A stretch of 64,000 nucleotides of DNA. Source: Eledone cirrhosa. Taxonomy: Eukaryota. The DNA is taken from the NCBI GenBank assembly GCA_964016885.1, contig OZ024743.1, positions 111,104,001-111,168,000 on the forward strand, written 5' to 3'. A program made the translations under genes and the position numbers. The notes beneath the pieces were generated by a model. The model had not been told where the DNA came from, did no database searches, and saw nothing but the letters and a program-made list of their open reading frames with translations. Shown piece after piece: positions 39,803 through 53,499 of the stretch (its first letter is position 1; each line of letters opens with the position of its first letter).

Positions 39803-41075
39803 CTTTTCTGCTGTAAGGAATAAGAAAATCACTGTTCAGCGGAAGGCTTGATGCAGATTATGTAGAGTAAACTGTTTGTATAAGTTTGTATGTATTAGGG
39901 GAAATCAATTTGAAATCTAGGACGGCATTCCACATGTGAGATAATTATTTTCGCCCATCCGATCGATCATTTCTCGTCTCACCAGGGTATGCAAACTATT
40001 GACTAGTACAATATGATATTTCTTTCTTTGCCCGTTTACAATATAGTATATTTTGAAGATAAAATTACACTGTTGTTAACAGTGAAATGCAGCGATACAT
40101 TCAACGCTGTTTTTCTTTCTTTCGTTTAAGAAATAAAATCCTGCTATAGAATATTATTCACTTCCCTGAAAGATCTTGAAATATATAATTGTTTAGAATC
40201 AGTTCAGTAGCATCAAGTTTCAGTTAAAGCAACTTCTTTATCAGAAACTACCACATGAACAAACTAGTGATTTACCTAGTTAACTGACCAATACACATTA
40301 ACCTAGAATCATTAACATTTCCGATCAAATTGCAGTCAACGGATGAGACAACTCTGGAACGTAAGAGAAATTATTATCATATTACTGATGGGTGTTACAC
40401 AAAATCTCGATTGAATTTCCACTTCAGCTTTCAATTTGTGCCAATTTTGATGTAATGCAAACACAGAAAGGATGAAAAAGTAACAAATAATGAAACACAA
40501 TAAAAGAAAAAAAGCAAGTGGTACTTGTATTTTCAGCAACACACCATACATTTAAAATTTTAATGATTTTTCTCTCCTGTTGAGAAAGATGGATTTTAAT
40601 TTTATGCCTTAAGCAGCAAGCAATAATGATTTTAATATTTTACAGAGAGCTGAATTGCTTTATTTATTTATACTTTTTTTAGAAGGAGATTAATGTTAAT
40701 TCTTAAGCCGATTATCGTGTAAATGAACAAAAAAAAGGAAAGTGTTAATAGGGAACGACTATTAGATGAAGGAAAAAATAACACACATACACACATATAT
40801 CTACAGATAGAGAGAAGGAGAGAGATGGGTGACACACCCACACACAGACACACGTGGGCAAATAAATGGGATATATATATATATATATATGTTTATACAT
40901 ACACACACACACACACAAACATATATATAAATATATATATATTTGTATATATATACATATATATATGCGTGTATGTCTGTGTTTGTACATGTACGTGGGT
41001 GCGTGCAGTGGTATATATGTATATTTGTGAATAAAAATGTATATGTATATGCATATATATATATATATATATATA

Positions 41076-41442
41076 GGTGCCAATCGTATATGTAATATAG
41101 AATATGCTTCAATCAATCCCGGTTGGAGCAGTATAAATGAAGTAATTCCGTCGGAAAAGTTCAGGAAAAAAGAGTGCTCTATGTAGGTAACAGAGTTTAA
41201 TAGTTATGTAATAAACAACATAAGGCAATTATTTCAGTTACCAGTGGTTTCTTAAAAGCAAAAAAATTTTGCTTTCAATCATCAGAATGAAAGAAACCTG
41301 CCGTATTTATTGACGTTGGATTTTAAAATCCAACGTCAATAAATACGCCAGGATTCTTTCATTCTGATGATTGAAAGCAACATTTTTTTGCTTTTAAGAA
41401 ACCACTGGTAAATGAAATAATTGCCTTACGTTGTTTATTACA

Positions 41443-41449
<7 letters not shown>
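41076..41449. mobile_element. Family D element: spacer-less 250-bp palindrome (41200-41449) with two divergent hammerheads
   Basis: Symmetry centre GGATTTT|AAAATCC at 41324/41325. Both ends lie in (TA)n. Confidence 0.85.
41357..41417 (+). ncRNA. Apparently intact type I hammerhead ribozyme (twin at 41232-41292, minus strand)
   Basis: TTTCATT-CTGATGA-TTGAAAGCAA(7 nt)TTGCTTTTAA-GAAACC-ACT-GGTA-AATGAAA. All core nucleotides are present and the cleavage triplet is GUA. Confidence 0.88.
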
Positions 41450-41507
<58 letters not shown>

Positions 41508-41631
41508 TTGATGTTTTCCTTCGAATGAAACAGTTCTAGTCTTCTAGAATCATTTTTTTATATACTCTACTATGTATTGAGTACCTTGGTGTGTTTACCC
41601 GCGATTGAGCACGGGTCTGGCACACACACAT

Positions 41632-41681
<50 letters not shown>

Positions 41682-44600
41682 GTGTGTGTGTGTGTGTGTG
41701 TGTGTGCGTGTGTGTGTGTGTGTGTGTGTTTGGGTGGGCGTGTGTGTCTGGCTGTTTTGTATCTTCGTAAGACAAATCTCTATCTTAAATGCTGTCACCC
41801 GTTAGCAGACATTTCATAAATAATTCCAATTGGGAATGTTCAAAACATCTGCAAGATTTCGTTAATGAAGGTTTTCATGCCTTTCTCCACTATATTTTGA
41901 CATAAAATAATGAATTTATTTCAGCTAGAAATCTATATTACTTCGTGGATGGGGATTGCCAATGGCTTCTTCATGCTACTTTCACCATATATATGCGATC
42001 AATATTGATGCCTTACTGAGGCAGAGGGCCATAAGGGGATTGAAATTGAGAACATTTAATTATTTTCTGAAGTCCGCATTAACAGTCTAATTAATTGAAA
42101 TGGTATTCAATTAGTCAGAAATTTTATTAATGATGTTTACTATTTACTTATGGAATGTTCTTTACAAATAAAATCAGAATCAATATATTTTGCTGTGGTA
42201 GGGTTACGATAGAGGTCATATTGTGAAATGTAGTGCATGTGTCAAAGTTGTGATGGTTTGAAAACTAGTTAAGTATGCATATCCAAAAGAATGAAAGTCT
42301 AAACTCGTGTGAACCAAATATGCCAGCTAGTTGTGTTGGTCATTATAATGCGCATTTACTAAACATTGGTTTATATCATGTTTGGTTGTCATGTTTTAGA
42401 AAGATACCTTTTCACATGCGATATTATTCATGCATATAGCCGGTGACTATTAAACATAACAATGCTGAATCAGCTTTTCGATTTCTTTACCCCAGTAAGC
42501 TAAGCATTGTGCTATGAGATTTTGTACAAAGACAGCCACATTGATGAAATGAAAGAGACTTCCGGTTTCGGGGTAGTCAGACATTGCATTATATATCGAT
42601 ATCTTCAATGAAAAAGTCAGGCATTTCAATAAAATTAAGTCTGCGTTCTTATGGCATTAGATTATATCCATTGTCATATCTGTATGGCATTCGGTGATCT
42701 GAATTCGAATATCTCCAAGATCAAGTTTGCTTCTTAATATTTCGGTGGCGATAAATTATGGAATTCAGAGCGTCGGATTGATTGTTCTGAATCTACATGC
42801 CACCTTATGTCACAATAGAAAACATAAGTGAATTATAGGACAAGGAAAGCTATGATAAAAACTCGCCTGAGATTTACTATGCTCATACGAAGCCCTCTAG
42901 ACTTATGCTGTTGTAGTTCGTAACAACTAAAACAATATTTAAACTGGATTCAATTAAGAATATATATATATCGGCTGACCAAAATTTTCAACAGATATTG
43001 AAGCCTCTGTGGGGTTTCCAATAACGGAAAATGTAACTTCCAAAAATATTTATATTTCTGTTTGTTATATACATTGCGGAGATGACCGACACTGCAAATA
43101 TTTTCTGGACGAATTTAGTTCACTAAATCGTCTCCAGACTGAAGCTTATCTAATTACTACAGGAAATAAAGCTGGTTCTGATTTAATTTTAGTTGATAGT
43201 ATACATGGGTAAACTAAATGTTTGAACACCACTTACCAGAGACAATCTTCTATTTCTGTCCTCGCACCGTCTTTAGCACATGCATTATAGTAATTCGTAA
43301 CTTATGATCTAAACATATGTGTTTCTGTTGTTTCATTTGTTAAAGTATTGCATCAACCTTTCCAAATTGATATATATTTGTATCACGGCACGACTTTGTC
43401 TATGCGTTCGTGGCTATGAAACAAATCTTCTTCTGAAATTAATTCGTTTATTGAATATCACTTCATATCTGACAGGAATGTGCTATCACTGCGTTCGTAA
43501 TATTTCATATTCATTCATGTAAATGAATGAACTTAGACATTGACACAAATTTACAAAAAAAGAGGAACAGTACCTTCATTTGAATTTATTTCGTATTTAT
43601 TTGACTATGCTTGAGACTAAAATAATTGTTAAATGTAATATAATCTAAATGGAATTAGCTGTAATAAATAATATTTCCTGGTTTTACCTTTTGCTGTTAA
43701 ACATTATTTGATTAAGATGTATATTAAATTGAGCGCTCTATAAGTACCTTGACACGTATTTTCTTTTGATTATTTTGACAATATGCATATCTTCTGATGA
43801 AAACCCAACTAGGTTTGCAAATCAATCACAGCTATTAATATTTTAATCAATGGGGGCGGTTAATTTATTTGTCGCATTTGTTGCTACTCTTTAAAGTTAT
43901 AATCCCACCAAAGCCTATTTGGCTTTTCAATCTTATGGGGTCTATAATATAAAGCAACTCTCAACTGTTCGTATATAATCGACTCTACTCCTAATTGCCT
44001 CTTTACTCTGTCAAGTGAATCATTTCAGTTATGTAATGTTGGTTGTTTCTAAATATCTAAACAAGGACGGTCCAGCTATTCAAATATGAATCGTAAAACA
44101 CAAAGAAAATTGTAAGTCGATAAATTGAAAGTATACCACCATCCCGTCTTCCATGGAATATTTTTTAAGAGGTACCAATCGAGAGTATATTTAAGAATAA
44201 TCATCTCCCTTGAAATACTTCTTTAAAAAAAATGTGCATACTAACTTTTACATGATTATAAACATAGATGCCGTTCCCTTTGTTTAAATACTAACCTTTG
44301 AGGTTTGTGTATCCAGAAGTATCCCAAATATCCTCGGTGTGAATGTTCAGTGACACATTGTAATATCGATGTTTTGCACTGAAACTAATCAAGATAAAAC
44401 ATGACATATAACTGGGATACACAAGTTCTTTACTAAAAAATGCATACATTTATTCCTGGATATACAATGAAATTGATTATATTACATATCACGAACAGAA
44501 ATATTACGTATATAATAAGTACAATTTTAGACATGACCTAACATTGTGACATAAAACTATAATTTTTTATTTGTTCTGATGCATACTTTCTATGTGCAAG

Positions 44601-44994
44601 ATATTGATTGATACATGACATATCATAATTTTACATAGCTGTATGTGAGTAAAACATTTTTGGTTTGATTTAAATTTATTTTTATTTGTGTTTTTGTAAG
44701 ACGACAGTCTTCCAATCATGAGAAAACTTGTCAGGCAATATCACAATATTGGATTGTAAGGAAACTTGAATGCCTGATATTATATGTAAGTAATATATCA
44801 AATAACAATTTCTGTTATTTTGAGTTTGATTCCCACGTATTGAGTTGCTGTCAAAGATTCATCTATTACGTGCTGTTTGCTATAGTTCATGTTTTATAGG
44901 AACCACCGATTTAACTGAATAATAAAAGGAGGAAAGTCCGATGAATCGAATGGAACCTAGGAAATATATTGTATTGATTTTAGTGTTGATTGCT

Positions 44995-45672
44995 AATTTA
45001 GGCATAAGGCTAGCAGTAACGAGAAAAGTGCAATGTCGATTAAATCGTCTGCGGCGATTGAATGTTATAATATTTCATCAACCACGAATTCCTGAAAGCC
45101 TTATTTGATCTCGGTGCAGTATGAGCGTAGAAGATAAAGAGCTAGAATATGTATTTTATCCAACGCTCTACTAATTCAACCATTCTGACAGGCTTGTATT
45201 TATTATTATTAAAATAGCTTAGGGCGTTAGATTGACAATGTCGGTAGATCGTGTGACAAAATGTAGTTTGGCAAATATTTACGGTCTTATATGTTCCGAG
45301 TTGAAATCCCACTGAGATTAGCTTTGTCATTTATCATTATGGGGTCGATAAAATAAAACACCACTAATGAAATGTAGTCGATTTAATTGACTCGCCACCC
45401 CAACCCCCAAATGTTGGCTAAATCAGAAACCATTATTTAAAAGCTTAGGTCGGTGGATTGGCTTTATCGACAGAACATCGGACAAAATGCTCTGCGATAT
45501 TTAGTTACGATGTTTCACGTTCCGATTTCAAATATTATTTAGGTTACTTATGCCATTCATCCTTACGGGATCGATAAAATAAAGAACCCCAGAAACGCAC
45601 TGGAGTCAATTTAATCGATTTACCCTCCCCCTTCAAATTGCTAGCCTGGTGTTAAAACTAAAACAACTATTT
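44995..45672. mobile_element. Cluster of three diverged SINEs (~44995-45185 -, ~45221-45435 +, ~45449-45672 +)
   Basis: GGGGTCGATAAAATAAA core and B-box-like GAGTTGAAATCCC. Similar remnants at ~43853, ~48720 and ~53718. Confidence 0.7.
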
Positions 45673-46519
45673 AAAAACCCTGAAGGAATTATACAATATA
45701 ATAGTACTAAAATACAATAAATAACGTGTTGTTTACATTTTTTGATATTGTAATTTGCAATATATATATTAGGAATACAGTAGTTTTGTCTTTAACATTT
45801 GAATGTTGAGACGAAAATCGATTTTTAATTTCAATTTCTTTTGATATGTGCATCAATGAAGAAAGACCACGTTTTCTTTAAATAAAAAGACATGTTGAGA
45901 CATTTACACTAATATATCAATTTCCTCAAAATGTTATCTCAAATTTAATTTGGATACCATCGTAAATTGCAAGATGTGCAACATTCTAGTAAAGGAATAA
46001 ATGTCATGATTCTGAAGACACAAAATCCCTATTTAGAACATCACCGAATGAGAGATTTCAGGCACAGTGATACCGATAGTTAGTCCAATGGTACATGGGG
46101 CAATCCACACACACATATTCCCCCACCCCCCATACAAAATAAAAAAATGCTTATGTAATCGTGTTTGTGTAAATTGATACAAGTTGATATTATATTAACT
46201 TGTTATTATAATATGAAATTATTAACAAAAATAATATTGATGAAAATAATAATAATTATTATTTCATATATATATATACATATATTTATATATATATACA
46301 TATACATATCTATGTATGGGTTTATCGAACATTAATGATAATATTCGATTCGTCATCTGTTTGTTCAGCAAACGGATGACGATCTGTCATTGGCATGGCA
46401 CAGTTGTTTGCGGGCCGTTTGTTTACAAAACGAATCGAGTATTATTATTTATGTTCGATATAACCCATACGTACATATGCATATGTGTGTATGCATATAT
46501 ATATACATATATATATATA

Positions 46520-46615
<96 letters not shown>

Positions 46616-46682
46616 GTGTGTGTGTGTGTACGTTTGCATACATTCATGTATGTATCTGCTGTGCTATTGCGAGAAATAACAT

Positions 46683-46722
<40 letters not shown>

Positions 46723-46834
46723 ACCATTTCTCTGTATTTTGAAATCGTGTGTTAATACAGATCTAATAACTTTGAATTTAAATAGACTAAATGTCACATT
46801 TTGCATACGATCATGAAAGTAGGATTATATATTC

Positions 46835-46933
<99 letters not shown>

Positions 46934-49428
46934 TCGCAACCGAAGTTACAGGCCTGGTATATCATATTCCTCTTCTCTTCACGGCATACACACTCATACA
47001 CACTCACAGAAGCCACTAAAGTAGAACATGTATTTGATTTTTTTCATAGCATGTAAAATATATTTAGATTGTAACTAACTGAAATACATAGTAAATTGTT
47101 ATGCTTCACAAAAACATTGCACATAAATAGATCGAACTTTAGCCTGAGTTTTATTGTAGAGGGATTCTATGTGGAGTGGTGGACAATGAGATAGAGTAAC
47201 ATTGATTCACATATACGAAAGACATTATCAATAAAGGAATGAAAAATAAGTTGGGGAAGATGATGATAATCGTATCTCTGCCTTTGATTATGGCGTTGGT
47301 TGCGAAGCCAGCGTAGGTGATGATGACGTGGAAGATGATAATGTCGGGGATACTGACGTTGATGATGACGATAATATTAGCTTTATAAAGGACACAAAGT
47401 ATGTAAACTTAGAGAGAGAGAAAATGAATGTGAGAGTGTATGTGTCAGAGAGAGAGAGGGGAGGGGGTCACTGTATTTATTTGACTATTACCAGAGATTT
47501 CGCCATTGCGCGCGTTTAAGAAGTGCTTGCATTTGATATGATTCCCGCGAATAGCAACACATATGCGTTGGTGGTGGTGTTGAAGGATAGGAATGCAGTA
47601 TGAGATGGAATGGGCGGATATGTTATTGAATCAATTTCCGCTAAGTCGATTGCTTGAATCAGTCGTAGAAAAATGCCTTATGAAGTTTAAAGTTACAACA
47701 AGATGTAAGAGTGCAACATCTTATTGTTACCATTGACAGCATGTCCGATTTTCTAGTAGGGCGTTGACGGCATTTTTCTGTCAAACTGCTATCTAATTGG
47801 AAAAAAGAATTGACGTTATATTTGGTTAGCTTTTGTATAGAACCTATTGCAATCGGCAAGATATGTTTGCCAATCCAAGATTTTATTATGCCATGAAGAG
47901 AAAGAAAAACAACGACGTTCTTTGACTCTCTGTAGATGGTTAGACTTAACTGGTTCGTTGGCCGGCTGGCCGGCTTGTTGTTCAAGTTAGTTGACCATAA
48001 GTGATTTGCTTGTCACAAAAGTCATCAATTCCTCTCGTATTCTCAGTAGAAACCTACAAAATGTCGTTGAGATATATTGGTATGGATCACCACCGCTTTC
48101 ATTTCACTTCTTTTTAAAATCTGAAATTATTGCAATACTTAAGAAATCTCATAATTGATAAATACGAAAAATAAAGATGTATTTTGTCACGTTTGTTTTT
48201 TTCTCTTTTCTTCATTTCACTGTTACAATCTAGGGTTATTGCAAACAATTCCCATGTCAAATTGACACCGAGGACAACTAAATAAACAGCATTCCTCTAT
48301 CCAATTCTTCTTTTGGTTGCTAATTCAAATTCTGTTAAGACCAGTGAATTGAAATTGTTATTCATTTCTACAAATAAAAATCTTCTTCTGCAGTCTTGTT
48401 GTTGTAACGAGAATGATATGCAAAAAATACATTAATTTAATTTCCAAACTTAACATAGACCATACTGTCAGAAATGTAAATATTTGCTCGTTACTTCAAA
48501 TGTTTCCACTTCAAACTCTACTGTCACGAGGCTTACACTTCACATAACATTAATGAACAGACCATTTTCTCCATTATTTTTATATAGAATAACGAAAACA
48601 TTAAATCTGTGCAACTGAAGACTCTGCTGAAAGTTGACGTACACAGATCAATGATCACGTTGCCGTGTCTTATTTTATGACAAGATCATTATGTGAGGGA
48701 AGGGGAAAATCAGAAATATTAACAGATAATATCTTAGTTACGTTTACTTACGTGCCGATTTCAACTCCCTCTGAGATCTATTGCGTTTGTTGTCCACCCG
48801 TGAGATGAAATAGTGTACTACGCAAGTGATCGGCTCGAATTTATTCGCCTCCATTTACCCCAGAATATGTGGGATTTTGCTAAAATTAGAAATCACTGTT
48901 GCTATTGCAAATTTATTAGAGCAGTGTTCATAATTAAACCCAAATACGGTGTTATATACGAATATTGTTAAGATGTTATTCAGTCACATCAAAGTATAAA
49001 AGATGGTAATGATTTCACAATAGGCAATCTATTCCATTAAACATATATTTCTAAAACAAAATTCTTTCCTTGAAGTTCATGATTATATAAGCTCTTTTTA
49101 ATGCAGGACGATACCATTCTTCATAAATCTATATATATTATAACAGAGAGGTGTTTGTTTGTTAGTTGCTGTGTTCGCGTATCACACAAAACACAAAAGC
49201 GAAAACTGAAAATCGAAAAAGTAATTACACCAAAGGAATAAGAGTATACCCATGAATGGTTTTTGATACTTATTTTATGAAATCAAAGGAGAGGCAAAAT
49301 ATCCTTGGTATGGCAACCAATCTGACTGCTATTTCTAACAGGTTGTGAGGCAAACATATGGGATTCTCTCTGCAATGTCAGCGATGGTGGTGTTTCTCGG
49401 CCAGCCTTTCCTTGGATTCGAACGCTGG

Positions 49429-49476
<48 letters not shown>

Positions 49477-49482
49477 ATATAT

Positions 49483-51600
49483 AAGATCAAAAGATGGTTA
49501 AATGAGTTCCATGTATTTTATTATGCGCATTTCAAAAACAGATATCATCATGCAATAACATTTGTGTTTTCATCAGATAAAATAGGAGGACATGATATGA
49601 AGGTTAAAAACACTTGTGGATAGTGCAGTTTTAAATCAACATATGAAAAGTAGTTTTAGATTGATGTGTGATATTGGGGAAAAAAACTTTTTGAGGGGGG
49701 GGGGTGATTAAAAAGAGGAGGAGATGAGAGTAAAAAGTGGAGGAGGATGAGTATAATGAGGAAGGATGAGATAGGAGGAGAGATGGCTGATAGAGAGAGA
49801 GATAGCTTTTATAACTGAGAAAAATATATTGTTCTACATAGAGAGGTTGAAAAACCGTTGGAAGATAATGTATAAATTAAAAGAATTTGAAAATTAACGA
49901 AGAGAAAAATAATGTAAAGTTAAGGTTTGTATATTGAAGGATTTAATAATATGCGCGATGAAAAGAAATTGTTAATATGTATTGAGAATAATATTTAAGG
50001 GTTTAATATGTGCGATGGAAAGAAAATGTTAATATGTATTAAGAATGATTTTAAGGGTTTAATAATATGTGCGATAGAAAGAAAATGTTAATATGTATTA
50101 AGAATAATATTTAAGGGTTTAATAATATGTGCGATGGAAAGAAAATGTTGATATGTATTATAAAAAAAAACAGAAGTAATGTAAGTAAGGATATATTGTG
50201 AGATGAGCATGAATAAGTTAGATGAAAGTGAGAAAAAAATAATGAATAGAGGATGAATAATCTAACGTCAAAAAAATGTTTATGTTTACGAAGGATTTTT
50301 TCAAGGTGATATAAAGTAAGAATATAGTGTATTGTGTAATAATTGTTTCTATGTTAGGCACAGTGAGAAAAGGTACAGATTAGGGGTTAGAAATTAAAAG
50401 AAAAAGAAAAGAAAAGGAAAAGGAAGAAAGGGAAATGATGAATAGGAATGATATAGAATATGATAAATAACTTTAAATAAGGTAGAAAGATGGGTATATT
50501 TTTAAAGAAGTATATATATATATATGTGCCTTTGAGAAAATGATTCTGAATTGATAAAGTTTAAGATATTAGCTGTATACTTTATGGAAAGTTCTGAGGA
50601 ATTTATGCAAGCAGATAGAAAACAAGTCAGTGCGTCTATTTGTTATAGAATCTAAATTAGATATAATGGTAAAGTTTTCATTCAGACAGAGATTGCAAGT
50701 CTTGGATAGAGAACTGTTCAAGTATGTAGAAGCAGGGGAAAACTTTTTCCAAGAGATGTTATATTTAATATGTTTGTCTTTCAAGGACCATATGAGTTCT
50801 GAGAGAGCCGTGTTGGTTCTTTTAAGTTTATATTTAAAAGACGAATGATCATTATAAAGACGAGCTTTAAAGGAGGTGGAAGTGGAGCCAAAATAGGTGA
50901 AGGAATTGGTGTCAGTTATAACTTTACATTCGTAAATTAAGTTTGTATCAAGACAATGGTTGTTGATAGGACATTTATTTTTAGCAGGACAATTGCAATT
51001 GCGATTAGAGAGATTATTAACGAGTGACCTAGTGTTATCTATAGAAGGAATTGGATTGGAGAAGTTATTTGCGATAGGAATAATAGTTTCTTGATTTAGA
51101 ATGGGATTAAGAACATTTAGCGAAGCTGTGTTTGACGTTGTATTTGGGTTTGCAGAAATTAGCCTAGGGTTTACAATGACGTCGGGAATACTATTACTAT
51201 TATTATGATATTCAGTGTTGGAAGGAAGATATTTAGTATTTAGTATTTTATTGTTGTTTAGAGATAATGTTGGAAATGTTGGAGGATGTCGAATAGGAAA
51301 ATGTTATAGTGTGTTTGTTAAATATTTTACTATAGATATGTGAGGGAGGGAAGCATTTATTTAAGGCACTAAAGAATAATTTAGGAATATTATTATTAAT
51401 AGAGATGGAGAAAGGAGCATTATACCAGATTATGTTTTTGTATCTAGGTCTTTTATTAAAGTTATTGGAATGATCATGATTAATTATTCTACTGTAAGAT
51501 TTTCTAGAATTTGTTTCTTTATTATATTTGATTTTATCAGGATAGCGCGTTATTATAGTAATTGGCGTTAGCATCGAAGATGTTTTTATTAGAAGAATTA
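49483..51600 (-). mobile_element. Hydra-clade-like PLE, 5'-truncated
   Basis: IIWYNAPFS...KCFP..H..SKIFN...SYS, CNCPAKNKCPINNHCL, YFGSTSTSFKAR, CNLCLNE...CLH. Four ~57-bp tandem repeats in the 3' UTR (49945-50160). Confidence 0.88.
49514..49584 (-). ncRNA. Type I hammerhead ribozyme with extended stem II
   Basis: TATTTTAT-CTGATGA-AAACA...TGTTTTT-GAAAT-GCGC-ATA-ATAAAATA, giving an 8-bp stem I and a palindromic stem III. Confidence 0.78.
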
Positions 51601-51723
51601 GAAGAAGAAGAAGAAGAAGAAGAAGAAGAAGAAGAAGAAGAAGAAGAAGAAGAAGAAGAAGAAGAAGAAGAAGAAGAAGAAGAAGAAGAAGAAGAAGAAG
51701 AAGAAGAAGAAGAAGAAGAAGAA
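51601..51723. repeat. (GAA)n tract at the PLE 5' junction
   Basis: About 41 uninterrupted GAA units following TTAGAAGAATTA. Confidence 0.95.
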
Positions 51724-51860
51724 GGAGATGAGGTAGGTTGCGTCAGTCAGTTTTAATGAGAACAGTTGTTACAGATAGCTATATATAAGTAGGAGAATGT
51801 TTGTCATGTCGGTGTGTATGTGTAATATATATGTATATATATATATATATTATATATATA

Positions 51861-51931
<71 letters not shown>

Positions 51932-52952
51932 GTGTGTGTGTGTGTGTATGTATATGTGTGTGTGTGTGTGCGTGTATGTATATGTGTGTGTGTGTGTGTG
52001 TGTATGTATATGTGTGTGTTGTTTGTGTGTGTGTATGTATGTATATACAATTACTTGTCTGCGAACATGTATAGGCTACATATGCGTGAGTGAGCTTAGC
52101 GTGTGTAAGAATATGTACCTATTTATACATGCAAGTCCGTTCACTCTTGTCTCTGTGTGTGCATGGATTTAATTATTGCGTTTGTTTTTCCTAAAAATGC
52201 AATCTAGAATTGTTTTGTTGTACATATTTATAGCCATATTTTTTTCTTATTTTTGATATTTTAAAATCAGCAAGAGTTACATTCTATGGCATAAGTCGTT
52301 AACCACTGCGTACAGATTTTGCATTGTCAACATAATTTCATTAATCACGATTCTTAATATTGAATCCTACTTTACACGCTAAACTGTCTTCGCTGATTTT
52401 TATAAAACCTGTAAATGCATTATATGAACCGGTTAACTATCACGCATTGCATGTTGTCTTGTTGCATTTGAAACGAATAACGGAATTTAACAAATTGCGT
52501 TTCATGAAAGAATTACTAAAAAAATATATAGCTATTAATTAAAGGATTAATGCAATTACACCAAATGTGTAACACGAAAAAACATAATTAATAAAACTGT
52601 TAAATGTAATCTCACTTTTACTTTTACAATTAATACAACTATTAATAATTATTTCGCAGAAACACCAAGTATTTGGAAATTTTTAAAACCGAATTGAATG
52701 AAACTGAAAATATATTACAGCATAGATTGAGTCTAGAAATTACACATGTTAGTTATTTAGTTCCCTTCCTAAACGTGTTTAATTGTAGTTATATCCTTGT
52801 GTATGAATGTATAAATGACAGTATCTGTTCAACGTGTAAGTAATGTCTTACTTTATCTGCTCCATTATACGCTATTAGTTCAATACATAGATCATTCTTA
52901 ATCCACGTTAACATTATAGTATACAATGAAATTAATTAGATAATTTACACGA

Positions 52953-52991
<39 letters not shown>

Positions 52992-53349
52992 CATTACATT
53001 TATATTCACGTTACAGTTTTAAGTGATATCTTAATGAAAAATTGCAAAAAAAATATTTTTAGAAATACAAAATATGATCTAAGGGAAATAATTCAAGTAC
53101 ATTATATTCAGTATATTACCAACTATCTGAATTGTCTAAATTCATACCATTCTTCCAAATAGGTTCACTATTCTTAATAATGCAAAACACAAAACAATAA
53201 GTATTTGTTGTACTTAGCTGTAGAAATGTCTACACTTTATAAAAGCATTCTGGAGTAATCAATGCTTATTTAACCAAAACATTCTCTAGATTATCACCTT
53301 TATTTTTAACAGGAAACCAATTTTCCTTCTACCCATGAAATTCTAATGT

Positions 53350-53499
53350 TCAATGAATACATTTGTCATTTCCGGTAGTCATCTCCCTTTCTCTTTGAGT
53401 TTCAAATATTTGCCAACTGTCTACATTTTCTTCATAAAAAACCGATTTGAATTCATTCAGAAATCTTTTACTTGCGTCCTTCCAAACATCATTGCTTAC
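53350..53499 (-). CDS. Possible terminal host exon (VSNDVWKDASKRFLNEFKSVFYEENVDSWQIFETQREREMTTGNDKCIH*)
   Basis: ATATTCAG acceptor followed by 49 open codons of protein-like composition. No homology recognised. Confidence 0.25.
   Translation of the reverse strand, partial: VSNDVWKDASKRFLNEFKSVFYEENVDSWQIFETQREREMTTGNDKCIH

Noticed and set aside
43790-43830. CTGATGA-AAACC..GGTTT hammerhead candidate
   Set aside because: Followed by GCAAA rather than GAAA, with no stem I or III.
47659-47985. 108-aa ORF (also 43009-43212 and 33089-33283)
   Set aside because: No recognisable motif, and these cannot be linked into a gene model from sequence alone.
49128-49430. Second Helitron (TCTATATATAT...GTTTGTTTG 5' end)
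   Set aside because: No matching 3' hairpin or CTAG found.
51562-51756. Poly-glutamate ORF
   Set aside because: Simple (GAA)n tract antisense to a PLE remnant.
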